A stretch of DNA of 64,000 nt from a virus. Under the pieces are notes generated by a model. The model was not told the DNA's origin and did no database searches. It worked only from the letters and a program-made list of their open reading frames with translations. Position 1 is the first letter of the stretch. Each line of letters starts with the position of its first letter. Of the stretch, positions 51,282-58,086 are shown one piece after another. The translations under genes and the position numbers were made by a program. The DNA lies in the UHGV virus genome UHGV-0038016, one strand, 5' to 3'.

Positions 51282-51767
51282 ATGAGAATAGTTATTGGTA
51301 GTATTTGTTTAGCTGTCTTAATAGGTCTTATGTTGTTTATGATTGGTTATAGTATTAGTGAGGCATGGTATAGAAGAAGAATATACAATCATGATCCAAA
51401 ATTAATGGATAAAAAAACAACAGTAACAACAATAAATAATCGAGTTACTGATGTAATAATGTTTCGAGCAAATCAAGAAGTTTCTAAAAAAATTGTAAGA
51501 AACGCTGATTCTGCTATTTCATGGCTTCAAGTTTCAATTTTAGATATATATTTAATAGATTTTGATACTAACGAACAAGTATGTTTTTCAGTTGTTGGCG
51601 GAAGAATAAACAATCATAACTATCCATTGACAGATAGCGAAATTTTGGCTCTTGAATTATCCAAAAATTTTAATGAAGAAAACTTGAATAAATTTTTAGA
51701 TAGTGAAGAAATGAAAGAAAAAATTGACGTATTAAAAAGAAGTATAATCGGAAAAGAATTAGTATAA
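51282..51767 (+). CDS. hypothetical membrane-anchored early protein (161 aa)
   Basis: N-terminal transmembrane helix IVIGSICLAVLIGLMLFMIGYSI. Leader AAAGAAAGGAATG. Confidence 0.55.
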   Translation: MRIVIGSICLAVLIGLMLFMIGYSISEAWYRRRIYNHDPKLMDKKTTVTTINNRVTDVIMFRANQEVSKKIVRNADSAISWLQVSILDIYLIDFDTNEQVCFSVVGGRINNHNYPLTDSEILALELSKNFNEENLNKFLDSEEMKEKIDVLKRSIIGKELV

Positions 51768-51801
51768 AGGACTTGCAAAAGTCCTTTTTTTGTGCTATAA
51801 T
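51767..51801 (+). promoter_or_regulatory. terminator/promoter unit 2: hairpin aaggact-TGCAAA-agtcctt plus T-run; TTGCAA -35 variant in loop, -10 TATAAT
   Basis: TTGCAA at 51773-51778. 17-nt spacer across the T-run. TATAAT at 51796-51801. Downstream lies a GTAAGCGCTTTC palindrome variant at 51829-51840 and no gene until a second promoter. Confidence 0.5.
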
Positions 51802-51878
51802 AATATTGTACCAAGAGAGGAAAGAAATGTAAGCGCTTTCATTGGAAAAATATTTTTAAACTTTTCGGCGCTTTTCTA

Positions 51879-51906
51879 TTGACTTATCCTATAACTGTGA
51901 TATAAT
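51879..51906 (+). promoter_or_regulatory. promoter TTGACT-16-TGaTATAAT (extended -10)
   Basis: TTGACT at 51879-51884. TGATATAAT at 51898-51906. Feeds the conserved leader ATAAAGAATAAGGAGTGAATAAAATG. Confidence 0.55.
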
Positions 51907-51935
51907 TATATTATAAAGAATAAGGAGTGAATAAA

Positions 51936-52262
51936 ATGCTAGAAAAAGAAATGAAAGAAAAAATTGACGAAATGAAAAAAGAAATTGAAAGAACTGAAAA
52001 ACGTTTACGTAATCATCATCTTTTAATTACAACGCTTTATAAAGATTTTGCTGAATATATAAAAGAGCAACTAGGAGGAGGTTTTTATGATGAAGATATA
52101 ACAGATGCTTCAAAAGATGCTTTAGATATTTTTTTCTCAACAAAAAAGACTTTAGATGCAAAAAACTATCGTATCTATAAAAATTCATTTGAATTAATAT
52201 ATCTTGAACAAGCCGAACAAATAAGGCAAGATGTGTTTGTTGGGAAAATTTTAAGAAGATAA
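51936..52262 (+). CDS. hypothetical early protein (108 aa; ATG start 9 nt inside the track ORF)
   Basis: The track ORF begins at a GTG that is itself part of the SD AAGGAGTG. The ATG at 51936 has the SD 8 nt upstream. The N-terminus is a charged coiled coil. Confidence 0.55.
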   Translation: MLEKEMKEKIDEMKKEIERTEKRLRNHHLLITTLYKDFAEYIKEQLGGGFYDEDITDASKDALDIFFSTKKTLDAKNYRIYKNSFELIYLEQAEQIRQDVFVGKILRR

Positions 52263-52265
52263 TCC

Positions 52266-52294
52266 TTGACAGGGTTATCTCTTTCTGTTATGAT
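52266..52294 (+). promoter_or_regulatory. promoter TTGACA-17-TGtTATGAT
   Basis: TTGACA at 52266-52271. Extended -10 at 52286-52294. Same conserved leader ATAAAGAATAAGGAGTGAATGAAATG. Confidence 0.55.
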
Positions 52295-52323
52295 ATTAAT
52301 ATAAAGAATAAGGAGTGAATGAA

Positions 52324-52740
52324 ATGCTTACAGTAGAACAAAAAGAATATATCAAGAAATTAGATGAAAAAACTGCGATAGTAGAATTAAATGAAGAGAT
52401 AGAGGGCTATAAATTTCTTATAATTGAAAATGTCCTTATTGCTAGAGATTGGCGTTCAAACTTATTTAAAATCTCACTAATGAATTTTATCGAAAAGAAA
52501 AAAATGTTTTCAAAAAAGAAGAAAGTAGAAATCATTTATTCTGAAAAATACCATTATACAGATAAGTGGGAAGAATCTGCAGAAAAAGAAAATTTATTAA
52601 TGTTATCAGAATATAAAAAAGGAAATATCAGATTGATTGACTTACCTTTTGTAAGAGATATGTTTTATTGTGTGGAAGATAGAGAGAAACAGAAAAAGAA
52701 AGAAATTGAACTAGAAAATTTATATAATGAATTTAAGTAA
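52324..52740 (+). CDS. hypothetical early protein (138 aa; ATG start inside the track ORF)
   Basis: SD AAGGAG 8 nt upstream of the ATG at 52324. The GTG at 52315 lies within the SD. Confidence 0.55.
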   Translation: MLTVEQKEYIKKLDEKTAIVELNEEIEGYKFLIIENVLIARDWRSNLFKISLMNFIEKKKMFSKKKKVEIIYSEKYHYTDKWEESAEKENLLMLSEYKKGNIRLIDLPFVRDMFYCVEDREKQKKKEIELENLYNEFK

Positions 52741-52775
52741 AAGGGGTTGACAACCCCTTTTTTACTTGCTATAAT
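52741..52775 (+). promoter_or_regulatory. terminator/promoter unit 3: aagggg-TTGACAA-cccctt hairpin plus T-run; -10 TATAAT
   Basis: GC stem of 6 bp, extendable to 9-10 bp with A/T pairs. TTGACA at 52747-52752 in the loop. Six T's after the stem. 17-nt spacer. TATAAT at 52770-52775. Confidence 0.65.
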
Positions 52776-52808
52776 AAATATATAAATAAAAGAAAGAAGG
52801 TTATAAGA

Positions 52809-53216
52809 ATGATTTATGTTATTATGTTTATTGCTATGTGTTGGTTAGATTGGAAGTTTGATACCTATGCAGGATTTAAATTTTTAGGAAGTTTTATATT
52901 GGGGGGCTTGATTTTCTTCGGTGGTCTTATGCTATGTAGTGATAAACAGACAGAAGTTAGCACCACACAAGAAACATTTATTAGTGGAAATTTTTCAGAA
53001 GAAAATCATAAAATGAATAGTAGCCAAACAGTTTTCGTTTATGCAACTGAAACAGGAACAAAAAGCATTGACACAAATCAAATCTTGAGTTTTAAAAAGA
53101 ATCAGAAAGAAAATAAAGTAATTATTACAGAATATGAGTATCCCAAAATAGCAAAGATTTTATTCTTTATGATTGGCGGCAGTACAACTTATGAAGTAGA
53201 ATTAAAAGAAAAATAA
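52809..53216 (+). CDS. hypothetical early membrane protein (135 aa)
   Basis: Two N-terminal hydrophobic helices (IYVIMFIAMCWL; FLGSFILGGLIFFGGLMLC). Confidence 0.55.
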   Translation: MIYVIMFIAMCWLDWKFDTYAGFKFLGSFILGGLIFFGGLMLCSDKQTEVSTTQETFISGNFSEENHKMNSSQTVFVYATETGTKSIDTNQILSFKKNQKENKVIITEYEYPKIAKILFFMIGGSTTYEVELKEK

Positions 53217-53221
53217 GAAAT

Positions 53222-53255
53222 AAGGGTTGACAAACCCTTATTTTTTTGTTATACT
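53222..53255 (+). promoter_or_regulatory. terminator/promoter unit 4: ataagggtt-GACA-aacccttat hairpin plus T7; TGtTATACT
   Basis: 9-bp stem with TTGACA (53227-53232) spanning stem and loop. T-run at 53241-53247. Extended -10 at 53247-53255. Followed by SD TAAGGAGGG and only a 30-codon ORF (53285-53377) that contains a GAAAGCGCTTACATCT palindrome. Confidence 0.6.
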
Positions 53256-53441
53256 GGAAATGTAAGGAGGGAGGGAACCATAAAATGAAAGCGCTTACAT
53301 CTTTTATACAAAATGAGAAAATTCTAATTAAAATTACAGTGTTTTATTATTGTCTTTCCTCTTGGTCTATGCTATAATAATTATAGAAAGTTAAGGAGGG
53401 AACAAAAAAAATAAAATAAAAAAATAAATTTAATAAAATGC

Positions 53442-53470
53442 TTGACAAAAGCTTTGAGGTTTGCTAATAT
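53442..53470 (+). promoter_or_regulatory. promoter TTGACA-17-TAATAT
   Basis: TTGACA at 53442-53447. TAATAT at 53465-53470. Leader TATAGAAAGGAACAATTAAAATG. Confidence 0.5.
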
Positions 53471-53495
53471 AGAATTATAGAAAGGAACAATTAAA

Positions 53496-53636
53496 ATGAA
53501 AAATAAATATTTAAGATTGAAATTGATTGCTAGAAAGAACCAAAGAGAAAAAGAAATTGACCGAAAAGAAAAAGCTGATAAAATGATAAAAGTGTTGACA
53601 GATGAATTAAGTCGTGTTATAATAGAATCAAGATAA
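53496..53636 (+). CDS. small basic helical protein (46 aa) containing an internal promoter
   Basis: ATG with a conserved leader. Under the 60-aa track cutoff. Contains TTGACA-17-TgtTATAAT at 53595-53623. Confidence 0.3.
   Translation: MKNKYLRLKLIARKNQREKEIDRKEKADKMIKVLTDELSRVIIESR
53595..53623 (+). promoter_or_regulatory. intragenic promoter TTGACA-17-TATAAT inside the 46-aa ORF, driving the next small gene
   Basis: TTGACA at 53595-53600. Spacer gatgaattaagtcgtgt. TATAAT at 53618-53623. Confidence 0.45.
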
Positions 53637-53644
53637 GGAAAGGA

Positions 53645-53812
53645 ATGAAAAAAATGAATAAATATATTTTACTTGTTAAATTCTTAGATGAAATTAGTTT
53701 GGATAGTGGTTATCCTAAAATTGAAGAAATTTTTGTTGAAGGTGATACTTATGAACAAGCCGTTCAAGACTTCAAAGAAGAATTTAAAAATAGAAAATTT
53801 GAAATTATTTAA
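53645..53812 (+). CDS. small hypothetical protein (55 aa)
   Basis: ATG with SD-like AAGGAAAGGAATG. Under the track cutoff. Confidence 0.35.
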   Translation: MKKMNKYILLVKFLDEISLDSGYPKIEEIFVEGDTYEQAVQDFKEEFKNRKFEII

Positions 53813-53815
53813 TAA

Positions 53816-53850
53816 AAAGTGTTGACAAAACATTTTAACAATGATATACT
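53816..53850 (+). promoter_or_regulatory. terminator/promoter unit 5 (weak hairpin aagtgtt-GACAA-aacattt with one G-U pair) with TTGACA then TGaTATACT
   Basis: TTGACA at 53822-53827. Extended -10 at 53842-53850. Weaker stem than the other units. Confidence 0.45.
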
Positions 53851-53881
53851 TAATATATAGAAAAGGAAAGGAAGTTTTAAA

Positions 53882-54085
53882 ATGAAATTATCTGAATTAG
53901 TATTATTAATTGTTTTTGTAGGAATTTTGGTCGCTGGAGGTATCTTACTACCATTCTATTTTACTTATCAAGCTATTTTATATACTGGATTTTTCTCTAT
54001 TCAAAGCTTGTTACTAATTGCTCTAACAACTATCACAAGTTATAGCGTTGTTACTTTCTTAAAAGAAAATTGGGAAAAGGCTTGA
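53882..54085 (+). CDS. small two-helix membrane protein (67 aa)
   Basis: LVLLIVFVGILVAGGILLPFYF and FFSIQSLLLIALTTITSYSVV. Its TGA stop lies inside the TTGACA of unit 6. Confidence 0.55.
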   Translation: MKLSELVLLIVFVGILVAGGILLPFYFTYQAILYTGFFSIQSLLLIALTTITSYSVVTFLKENWEKA

Positions 54086-54110
54086 CAAGCCTTTCTCAAT
54101 ACTCTATAAT
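54075..54110 (+). promoter_or_regulatory. terminator/promoter unit 6: aaaggc-TTGACAA-gccttt hairpin; -10 TATAAT; apparently orphan (no ORF before next promoter)
   Basis: TTGACA at 54082-54087 includes the stop codon at 54083-54085. TATAAT at 54105-54110. About 55 nt of transcript would precede the next promoter, with an AT hairpin aatttc-ttgtta-gaaatt. Confidence 0.5.
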
Positions 54111-54164
54111 AAGAGTATAAAGAAAACAACAAAAAATTTCTTGTTAGAAATTAGTATAAAACAC

Positions 54165-54193
54165 TTGACAAACAAACCAAAATGTTTTATACT
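54165..54193 (+). promoter_or_regulatory. promoter TTGACA-17-TATACT upstream of winged-helix-like gene copy 1
   Basis: TTGACA at 54165-54170. TATACT at 54188-54193. Confidence 0.5.
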
Positions 54194-54249
54194 AAGAATG
54201 TAATAAGAAATTATTACAAAAAAAATATTTTAAAAAGGTGGAATTTATC

Positions 54250-54663
54250 ATGGAAAAACAAATCACAAAAGCACAAGCATTGGAATTAGCGGTTAAAGTA
54301 GTAAGCAAAGCAATCGAGGATAAAACATTTTTAAATACTGACCTATTTGAAAAAGTTGATATTGAATTATTAAACAAATTGGAAGCTATGCACGCTCAAC
54401 AAGTGAAACAAGACAAGGCAAAACGTGGCAAAAAAGGCGTAAGCAAAACAGCAAAAGAAAAAGCTGAAAATATGGACAAAGTACGAAAAGCATTTCTTGA
54501 CTTAGAACCAGAAACAGCCTTAACATTACACGAAATTTCTGAACTAATTGGGCTTGTTGGCGCTACACCTCAAAAATTGACGGCAATCATGAAGCCTTTA
54601 GTCGATAATGAAGAATTTGAAAAAGTTGTAAAGGATAAAAAAGTAGCTTACAAATTGAAATAA
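54250..54663 (+). CDS. hypothetical DNA-binding-like protein (137 aa), module copy 1, gene 1
   Basis: SD AAAGGTGG, then ATG at 54250 (the track GTG at 54238 lies in the SD). Lys-rich central region and conserved C-terminus TPQKLTAIMKPLVDNEEFEKVVKDKKVAYKLK. Paralog of the gene at 59786. Confidence 0.55.
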   Translation: MEKQITKAQALELAVKVVSKAIEDKTFLNTDLFEKVDIELLNKLEAMHAQQVKQDKAKRGKKGVSKTAKEKAENMDKVRKAFLDLEPETALTLHEISELIGLVGATPQKLTAIMKPLVDNEEFEKVVKDKKVAYKLK

Positions 54664-54670
54664 GTTAGTA

Positions 54671-54706
54671 AAAGGGCTTGACAAGCTCAAGCCCTTTTGT
54701 TATACT
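54671..54706 (+). promoter_or_regulatory. terminator/promoter unit 7: 10-bp perfect stem aaagggcttg/caagcccttt, TTGACA in stem-loop, TTTTG, TGtTATACT
   Basis: Stem 54671-54680 / 54688-54697. TTGACA at 54678-54683. Extended -10 at 54698-54706. Confidence 0.65.
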
Positions 54707-54756
54707 TAAATAGTAGTTAAGGAACAAATAAATTTATTGAAAAGGTGGAAAATTGT

Positions 54757-55476
54757 ATGCAAGAAACATTTTTGATTTTAGATACTGAAACAACAAAAGA
54801 AGGCGAGGGAATGCCTTATCAATCAGTTTTCGATATTGGTTGGGCTATTTCAGACAAAAAGGGAAATATCTTAGTAGAACGTTCTTACATGGTAGAACAA
54901 TTCAAATTTCAAGCATTGAATAAAAAACGTGCTTTCCTGATTGATGAAAATGTAGTTGATGGAAAAATATATTTTACAAAATTACTTGAAAAAAGAATCA
55001 TTGTCAGTAAGTGGGCGAACATTATCGGGCAACTTAAAAAAGATTGTAAAAAATATAACGTTGCTTACATTGGCGCTTATAATTTAGGTTTTGACACTCG
55101 TGTAATTGCAAAAACTCATTTCTTTTTTTCGGGGAAGGATTTTGATTTCTTTGATAATTTCTTTTTGATTGATATTTATCCAGTTGCCGCCTATACTGTA
55201 TTAAATACGCCAGAATATAAAGAGTTCGCAAAAACTCACAACCTTTTGACAGAAAAAGGAAATTATCAAACAGGGGCAGAAGCAACTTACAAATTTTTGT
55301 TTAATGATACAGGTTACATTGAAGAGCATACTGCTTTACAGGATAGCATAGATGAAACAAAAATTTTACATTGTCTATTGAGTCAAGAAAAAGAAATTCC
55401 TATTCATGCCTATTCTATCAATCCTCAAGCGTGGCGAATTGTAAACGAAGAAAATTTAAATAAGAAAAAGAGTTGA
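54757..55476 (+). CDS. DEDDh-type 3'-5' exonuclease (DnaQ/RNase T-like), 239 aa; module copy 1, gene 2
   Basis: Exo I LILDTETT, Exo II YIGAYNLGFDTRV, Exo III HTALQDSIDE. ATG at 54757 after SD AAAGGTGG. Paralog of the gene at 60258. Confidence 0.7.
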   Translation: MQETFLILDTETTKEGEGMPYQSVFDIGWAISDKKGNILVERSYMVEQFKFQALNKKRAFLIDENVVDGKIYFTKLLEKRIIVSKWANIIGQLKKDCKKYNVAYIGAYNLGFDTRVIAKTHFFFSGKDFDFFDNFFLIDIYPVAAYTVLNTPEYKEFAKTHNLLTEKGNYQTGAEATYKFLFNDTGYIEEHTALQDSIDETKILHCLLSQEKEIPIHAYSINPQAWRIVNEENLNKKKS

Positions 55477-55501
55477 CACAACTCTTTTTCTTTGATATAA
55501 T
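55466..55501 (+). promoter_or_regulatory. terminator/promoter unit 8: aaaagagttg-ACA-caactctttt hairpin plus T-run, TTGACA containing stop codon, TGaTATAAT
   Basis: TTGACA at 55473-55478, with the TGA at 55474-55476 being the exonuclease stop. 10-bp stem. TATAAT at 55496-55501. Confidence 0.65.
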
Positions 55502-55527
55502 ATAACTATAGAAAGGAATGATACTAT

Positions 55528-55776
55528 ATGCTAATAACAAGAAGTTACAAAAGAAAAAGAAAAGTCCAAGAGAGGAAAGAGAAAATTATAATGGCGCTCG
55601 TTGGTGTGGCTGTCCTACTAATGATATTGTTTTTTATTCTAACGCCAATAATTGCTACAGTCTTTTCTTTTTATGTTGGTTTTGTTTTTACTTTTAAAAA
55701 TGTAATTGGTTTAGTTTTTCTTTATCTTTATAGCTGGGGAAGTTTATATCTTTTATACGATCATATTTTGGGATAG
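55528..55776 (+). CDS. small membrane protein (82 aa)
   Basis: Two hydrophobic helices (VAVLLMILFFILTPIIATVFSFYVGFVF; IGLVFLYLYSWGSLYLL). Confidence 0.5.
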   Translation: MLITRSYKRKRKVQERKEKIIMALVGVAVLLMILFFILTPIIATVFSFYVGFVFTFKNVIGLVFLYLYSWGSLYLLYDHILG

Positions 55777-55798
55777 CCTAAAAAGGCTATCTTTTTTT
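55772..55798 (+). terminator. strong intrinsic terminator (gatagcct-aaaa-aggctatc plus T7), without embedded promoter
   Basis: 8-bp perfect stem with a 7-T run. Followed by about 200 bp of non-coding DNA before the next cassette. Confidence 0.7.
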
Positions 55799-56003
55799 AT
55801 ATTGAAGGCTTGTGAAATAGTGAGCAAATTTGCCGTTTTCGGGCGGAAATTTTACCACAAAATTAGGTCTATGTCAAGAAAAAAATCAAAATTTTTTCTA
55901 AAAGTTTAATGAGAAAAAATATCCTAAAACTCATGTATTTATTATTTGATTTTTTTAGTTTTATTTGTTATAATTGTTATAGAAAGTTAAGGAGGGGACG
56001 AAA

Positions 56004-56252
56004 ATGGATAAAATGAAAAAAGATATTAATACCATTTTAGAAAATTCTACAGATGAAGAAATTAGCGATTTTTATGGTAAAGCTGATTGGGAAGGATTAG
56101 TCTATTATGTTTCTAATTGGGCAACGCCTTTTGATAAAAATCCTATTTATAAAAAATATATGCAAAAACCTTTTTTTGAAGCCTTAAAATTTTTAGAAAG
56201 TCTTTTTGTGGCTTGCGATAATTATCTTTGGGAAAAAAGAGAAAATAGTTGA
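56004..56252 (+). CDS. hypothetical early protein (82 aa)
   Basis: Leader TTATAGAAAGTTAAGGAGGGGACGAAAATG. Its TGA stop lies inside the next TTGACA. Confidence 0.55.
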   Translation: MDKMKKDINTILENSTDEEISDFYGKADWEGLVYYVSNWATPFDKNPIYKKYMQKPFFEALKFLESLFVACDNYLWEKRENS

Positions 56253-56277
56253 CACAAAAAAGTTCTCATGTTATACT
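56249..56277 (+). promoter_or_regulatory. promoter TTGACA-17-TGtTATACT (no hairpin), -35 contains upstream stop codon
   Basis: TTGACA at 56249-56254. Extended -10 at 56269-56277. Followed by the 35-bp leader ttatactatatatatagtaaaggaaaggaatg, which recurs exactly at 57847-57881. Confidence 0.55.
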
Positions 56278-56309
56278 ATATATATAGTAAAGGAAAGGAA
56301 TGGTGTTAT

Positions 56310-56717
56310 ATGCAAGAAACATTTTCTAACGGCGAAAAGATTACTTCTCATGATTGGAAATTAATTGATGAAATGGTTGAAAAATTAGAGCTAAATCTTG
56401 CTGAAGCTATCGAGTTAAGAGAGTTTGATAAGTTTGAAAGTGACAAGAAAACAGACTTTGAAAAAGAACAAAAAGAAATCAAGAAAGCTAAAAATGCAAA
56501 AGCAAAAATTACAGATGATGAAATTGACGACTTATTTAACAATGTAGTGAAAATTGCTTTCGGTGGCAAAGAGTATTTTCAAAATAAAGATTTTCATTTG
56601 TTAGTTGCTGACAAATACACAAACCGTCAGACCCCTAGCAGATTGAAAAAAATGAAAGAAAAGGGATATTTGGAAGATTTAGGTGGAAGTCCTAAAAAAT
56701 ATAAGGTAAAGGGTTGA
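56310..56717 (+). CDS. hypothetical early protein (135 aa; ATG start 42 nt inside the track ORF)
   Basis: The track ORF begins inside the promoter -10 region. The ATG at 56310 follows the leader AAAGGAAAGGAATGG. It shares the N-terminus MQETF with the exonuclease at 54757. Confidence 0.5.
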   Translation: MQETFSNGEKITSHDWKLIDEMVEKLELNLAEAIELREFDKFESDKKTDFEKEQKEIKKAKNAKAKITDDEIDDLFNNVVKIAFGGKEYFQNKDFHLLVADKYTNRQTPSRLKKMKEKGYLEDLGGSPKKYKVKG

Positions 56718-56742
56718 CAAACCCTTTACCACCTGTTATAAT
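56704..56742 (+). promoter_or_regulatory. terminator/promoter unit 9: 11-bp perfect stem ggtaaagggtt-GACA-aaccctttacc, TTGACA containing stop codon, TGtTATAAT
   Basis: TTGACA at 56714-56719 (TGA stop at 56715-56717). TATAAT at 56737-56742. No T-run after the stem. Confidence 0.6.
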
Positions 56743-56771
56743 AATAGTATAAAGAATAAGGAGTGAACGAA

Positions 56772-57143
56772 ATGCAAATTTTTAAAACATTTGAAGAAAA
56801 GAAAGTAAAACTAATTGGAGTGGACGAGCTTTGTGTTTATACTGGGAAATTTAACTTATTAACTAATAATATGATTGTTAAATTATATTATAAAGGTTCT
56901 TTAGTTGCAAAAAGAAAACGGAAAATTCAAAATGAATATGATTATAAACTAGTCGAATTTTTTGAGGATAATGAAGCTGATGAATTAACAGAAGTATATA
57001 ATTTTTTCGGGTCGAATAATTTTATTAGCGACAGTGACAAGCACAGAATCCACAGTATTGACGTGACAGATTTTTCTGCAAAAGAAAAAATTGAAAAAAT
57101 TAATGTAAAGGAAAAAATTACTAAAAAGTTTTTTGAGGGTTGA
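56772..57143 (+). CDS. hypothetical early protein (123 aa; ATG start inside the track ORF)
   Basis: Third copy of the leader ATAAAGAATAAGGAGTGAACGAAATG. The GTG at 56763 lies within the SD. Confidence 0.55.
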   Translation: MQIFKTFEEKKVKLIGVDELCVYTGKFNLLTNNMIVKLYYKGSLVAKRKRKIQNEYDYKLVEFFEDNEADELTEVYNFFGSNNFISDSDKHRIHSIDVTDFSAKEKIEKINVKEKITKKFFEG

Positions 57144-57175
57144 GGGTTGACTTTTCAACCCTTATAATATATAAT
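57143..57175 (+). promoter_or_regulatory. terminator/promoter unit 10: agggttga-CTTT-tcaaccct hairpin with TTGACT, -10 TATAAT
   Basis: TTGACT at 57147-57152. 17-nt spacer. TATAAT at 57170-57175. Confidence 0.55.
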
Positions 57176-57201
57176 AAGAATATAGAAAGGAGTTGTAACA
57201 A

Positions 57202-57504
57202 ATGCTTTTATTTACTAAAAAAGTTATTATCACACAACACGCCAAAGAGCGCTACTTAGAAAGAGTAGCGAAAGAACAAATGAATAATAGACAAGTTCGT
57301 TCGGCAATTCTTAACGATTTTCAAATTAAAAACGTAAGAAAGAAAACGCCAAAAAATGAAGAGAATGAATTTAAATTGTGGGTTTTCGGTTCTCGCTTAT
57401 ATGTCTGTAATGAAACAGATAAAACTATAGTAGTAAAAACTGTTATTCAAATGTTACCAGAGGACGAAAAAAGAATTATCAAAGAAATTGAGGAAAAGGG
57501 TTGA
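57202..57504 (+). CDS. hypothetical early protein (100 aa)
   Basis: Leader ATATAGAAAGGAGTTGTAACAAATG. Its TGA stop lies in the TTGACA of unit 11. Confidence 0.55.
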   Translation: MLLFTKKVIITQHAKERYLERVAKEQMNNRQVRSAILNDFQIKNVRKKTPKNEENEFKLWVFGSRLYVCNETDKTIVVKTVIQMLPEDEKRIIKEIEEKG

Positions 57505-57529
57505 CAAACAGCCCTTTCCTTGATATAAT
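57495..57529 (+). promoter_or_regulatory. terminator/promoter unit 11: aaaggg-TTGACAAACAG-cccttt hairpin, -35 contains stop codon, TGaTATAAT
   Basis: TTGACA at 57501-57506 (stop at 57502-57504). TATAAT at 57524-57529. Confidence 0.55.
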
Positions 57530-57561
57530 AATTATAGAAAGTTAAGAAAGGAATGAATTAA

Positions 57562-57819
57562 ATGCAAATGAATGTTTTTGTAAACAATGGTAACTATTAT
57601 ATTATTGAGAGTTTCCCAGAAGTAAAAATTTTTCTCCACGATCAAATTTTAAATGGTAAGCTGGCTTATGAATTTAGAAAAGGAGAAAATAGAAGTGATT
57701 TCTATTATTTTAGATTTAAGAATTTATCTATGTCAAAAAGTTTGATTGGTAAATTAGTAGCCAAAATAAATGGAAAAATTTTATTAAAACGATTAGAAAA
57801 ATTTAATCAAGAAAATTAA
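57562..57819 (+). CDS. hypothetical early protein (85 aa)
   Basis: Leader TTATAGAAAGTTAAGAAAGGAATGAATTAAATG. Confidence 0.55.
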   Translation: MQMNVFVNNGNYYIIESFPEVKIFLHDQILNGKLAYEFRKGENRSDFYYFRFKNLSMSKSLIGKLVAKINGKILLKRLEKFNQEN

Positions 57820-57857
57820 GTAAAGGGGTTGACTCCCCTTTACTTCCATGTTATACT
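57820..57857 (+). promoter_or_regulatory. terminator/promoter unit 12: gtaaagggg-TTGACT-cccctttac hairpin (loop is exactly the -35), TGtTATACT
   Basis: 9-bp perfect stem. TTGACT at 57829-57834. Extended -10 at 57849-57857. Followed by an exact copy of the 35-bp leader. Confidence 0.65.
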
Positions 57858-57889
57858 ATATATATAGTAAAGGAAAGGAATGAATTTAA

Positions 57890-58060
57890 ATGATTATTTT
57901 AAGTAATAAAAAAATGTATGAAAGATTAGAAAGACTTTGGGAAACAAGGGGAAACGAAAAAGAAAGCTTTGAGGATTTCCTTTTGGATTTATGTAACGAA
58001 TATATTATTAACACTGCAGAGCTGAAAAAATTTAGTGATTATCATAAAAACAAAAGATGA
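57890..58060 (+). CDS. small hypothetical protein (56 aa), last gene of the cassette array
   Basis: ATG after the conserved leader. Under the track cutoff. Followed by a strong terminator. Confidence 0.35.
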   Translation: MIILSNKKMYERLERLWETRGNEKESFEDFLLDLCNEYIINTAELKKFSDYHKNKR

Positions 58061-58086
58061 GATTTTTCTCATCTTTTTTTAATTTT
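58053..58086 (+). terminator. strong intrinsic terminator (aagatgaga-tttt-tctcatctt plus T7)
   Basis: 9-bp stem overlapping the stop codon. Long T-run. Confidence 0.7.

Noticed and set aside
51211-57857. Could the recurring hairpins be a CRISPR array or MITE-like repeats?
   Set aside because: The repeat units are not identical. The stems covary while only TTGAC(A/T) is constant. Spacing is set by genes of 200-700 bp rather than regular 30-40 bp spacers. There are no cas genes.
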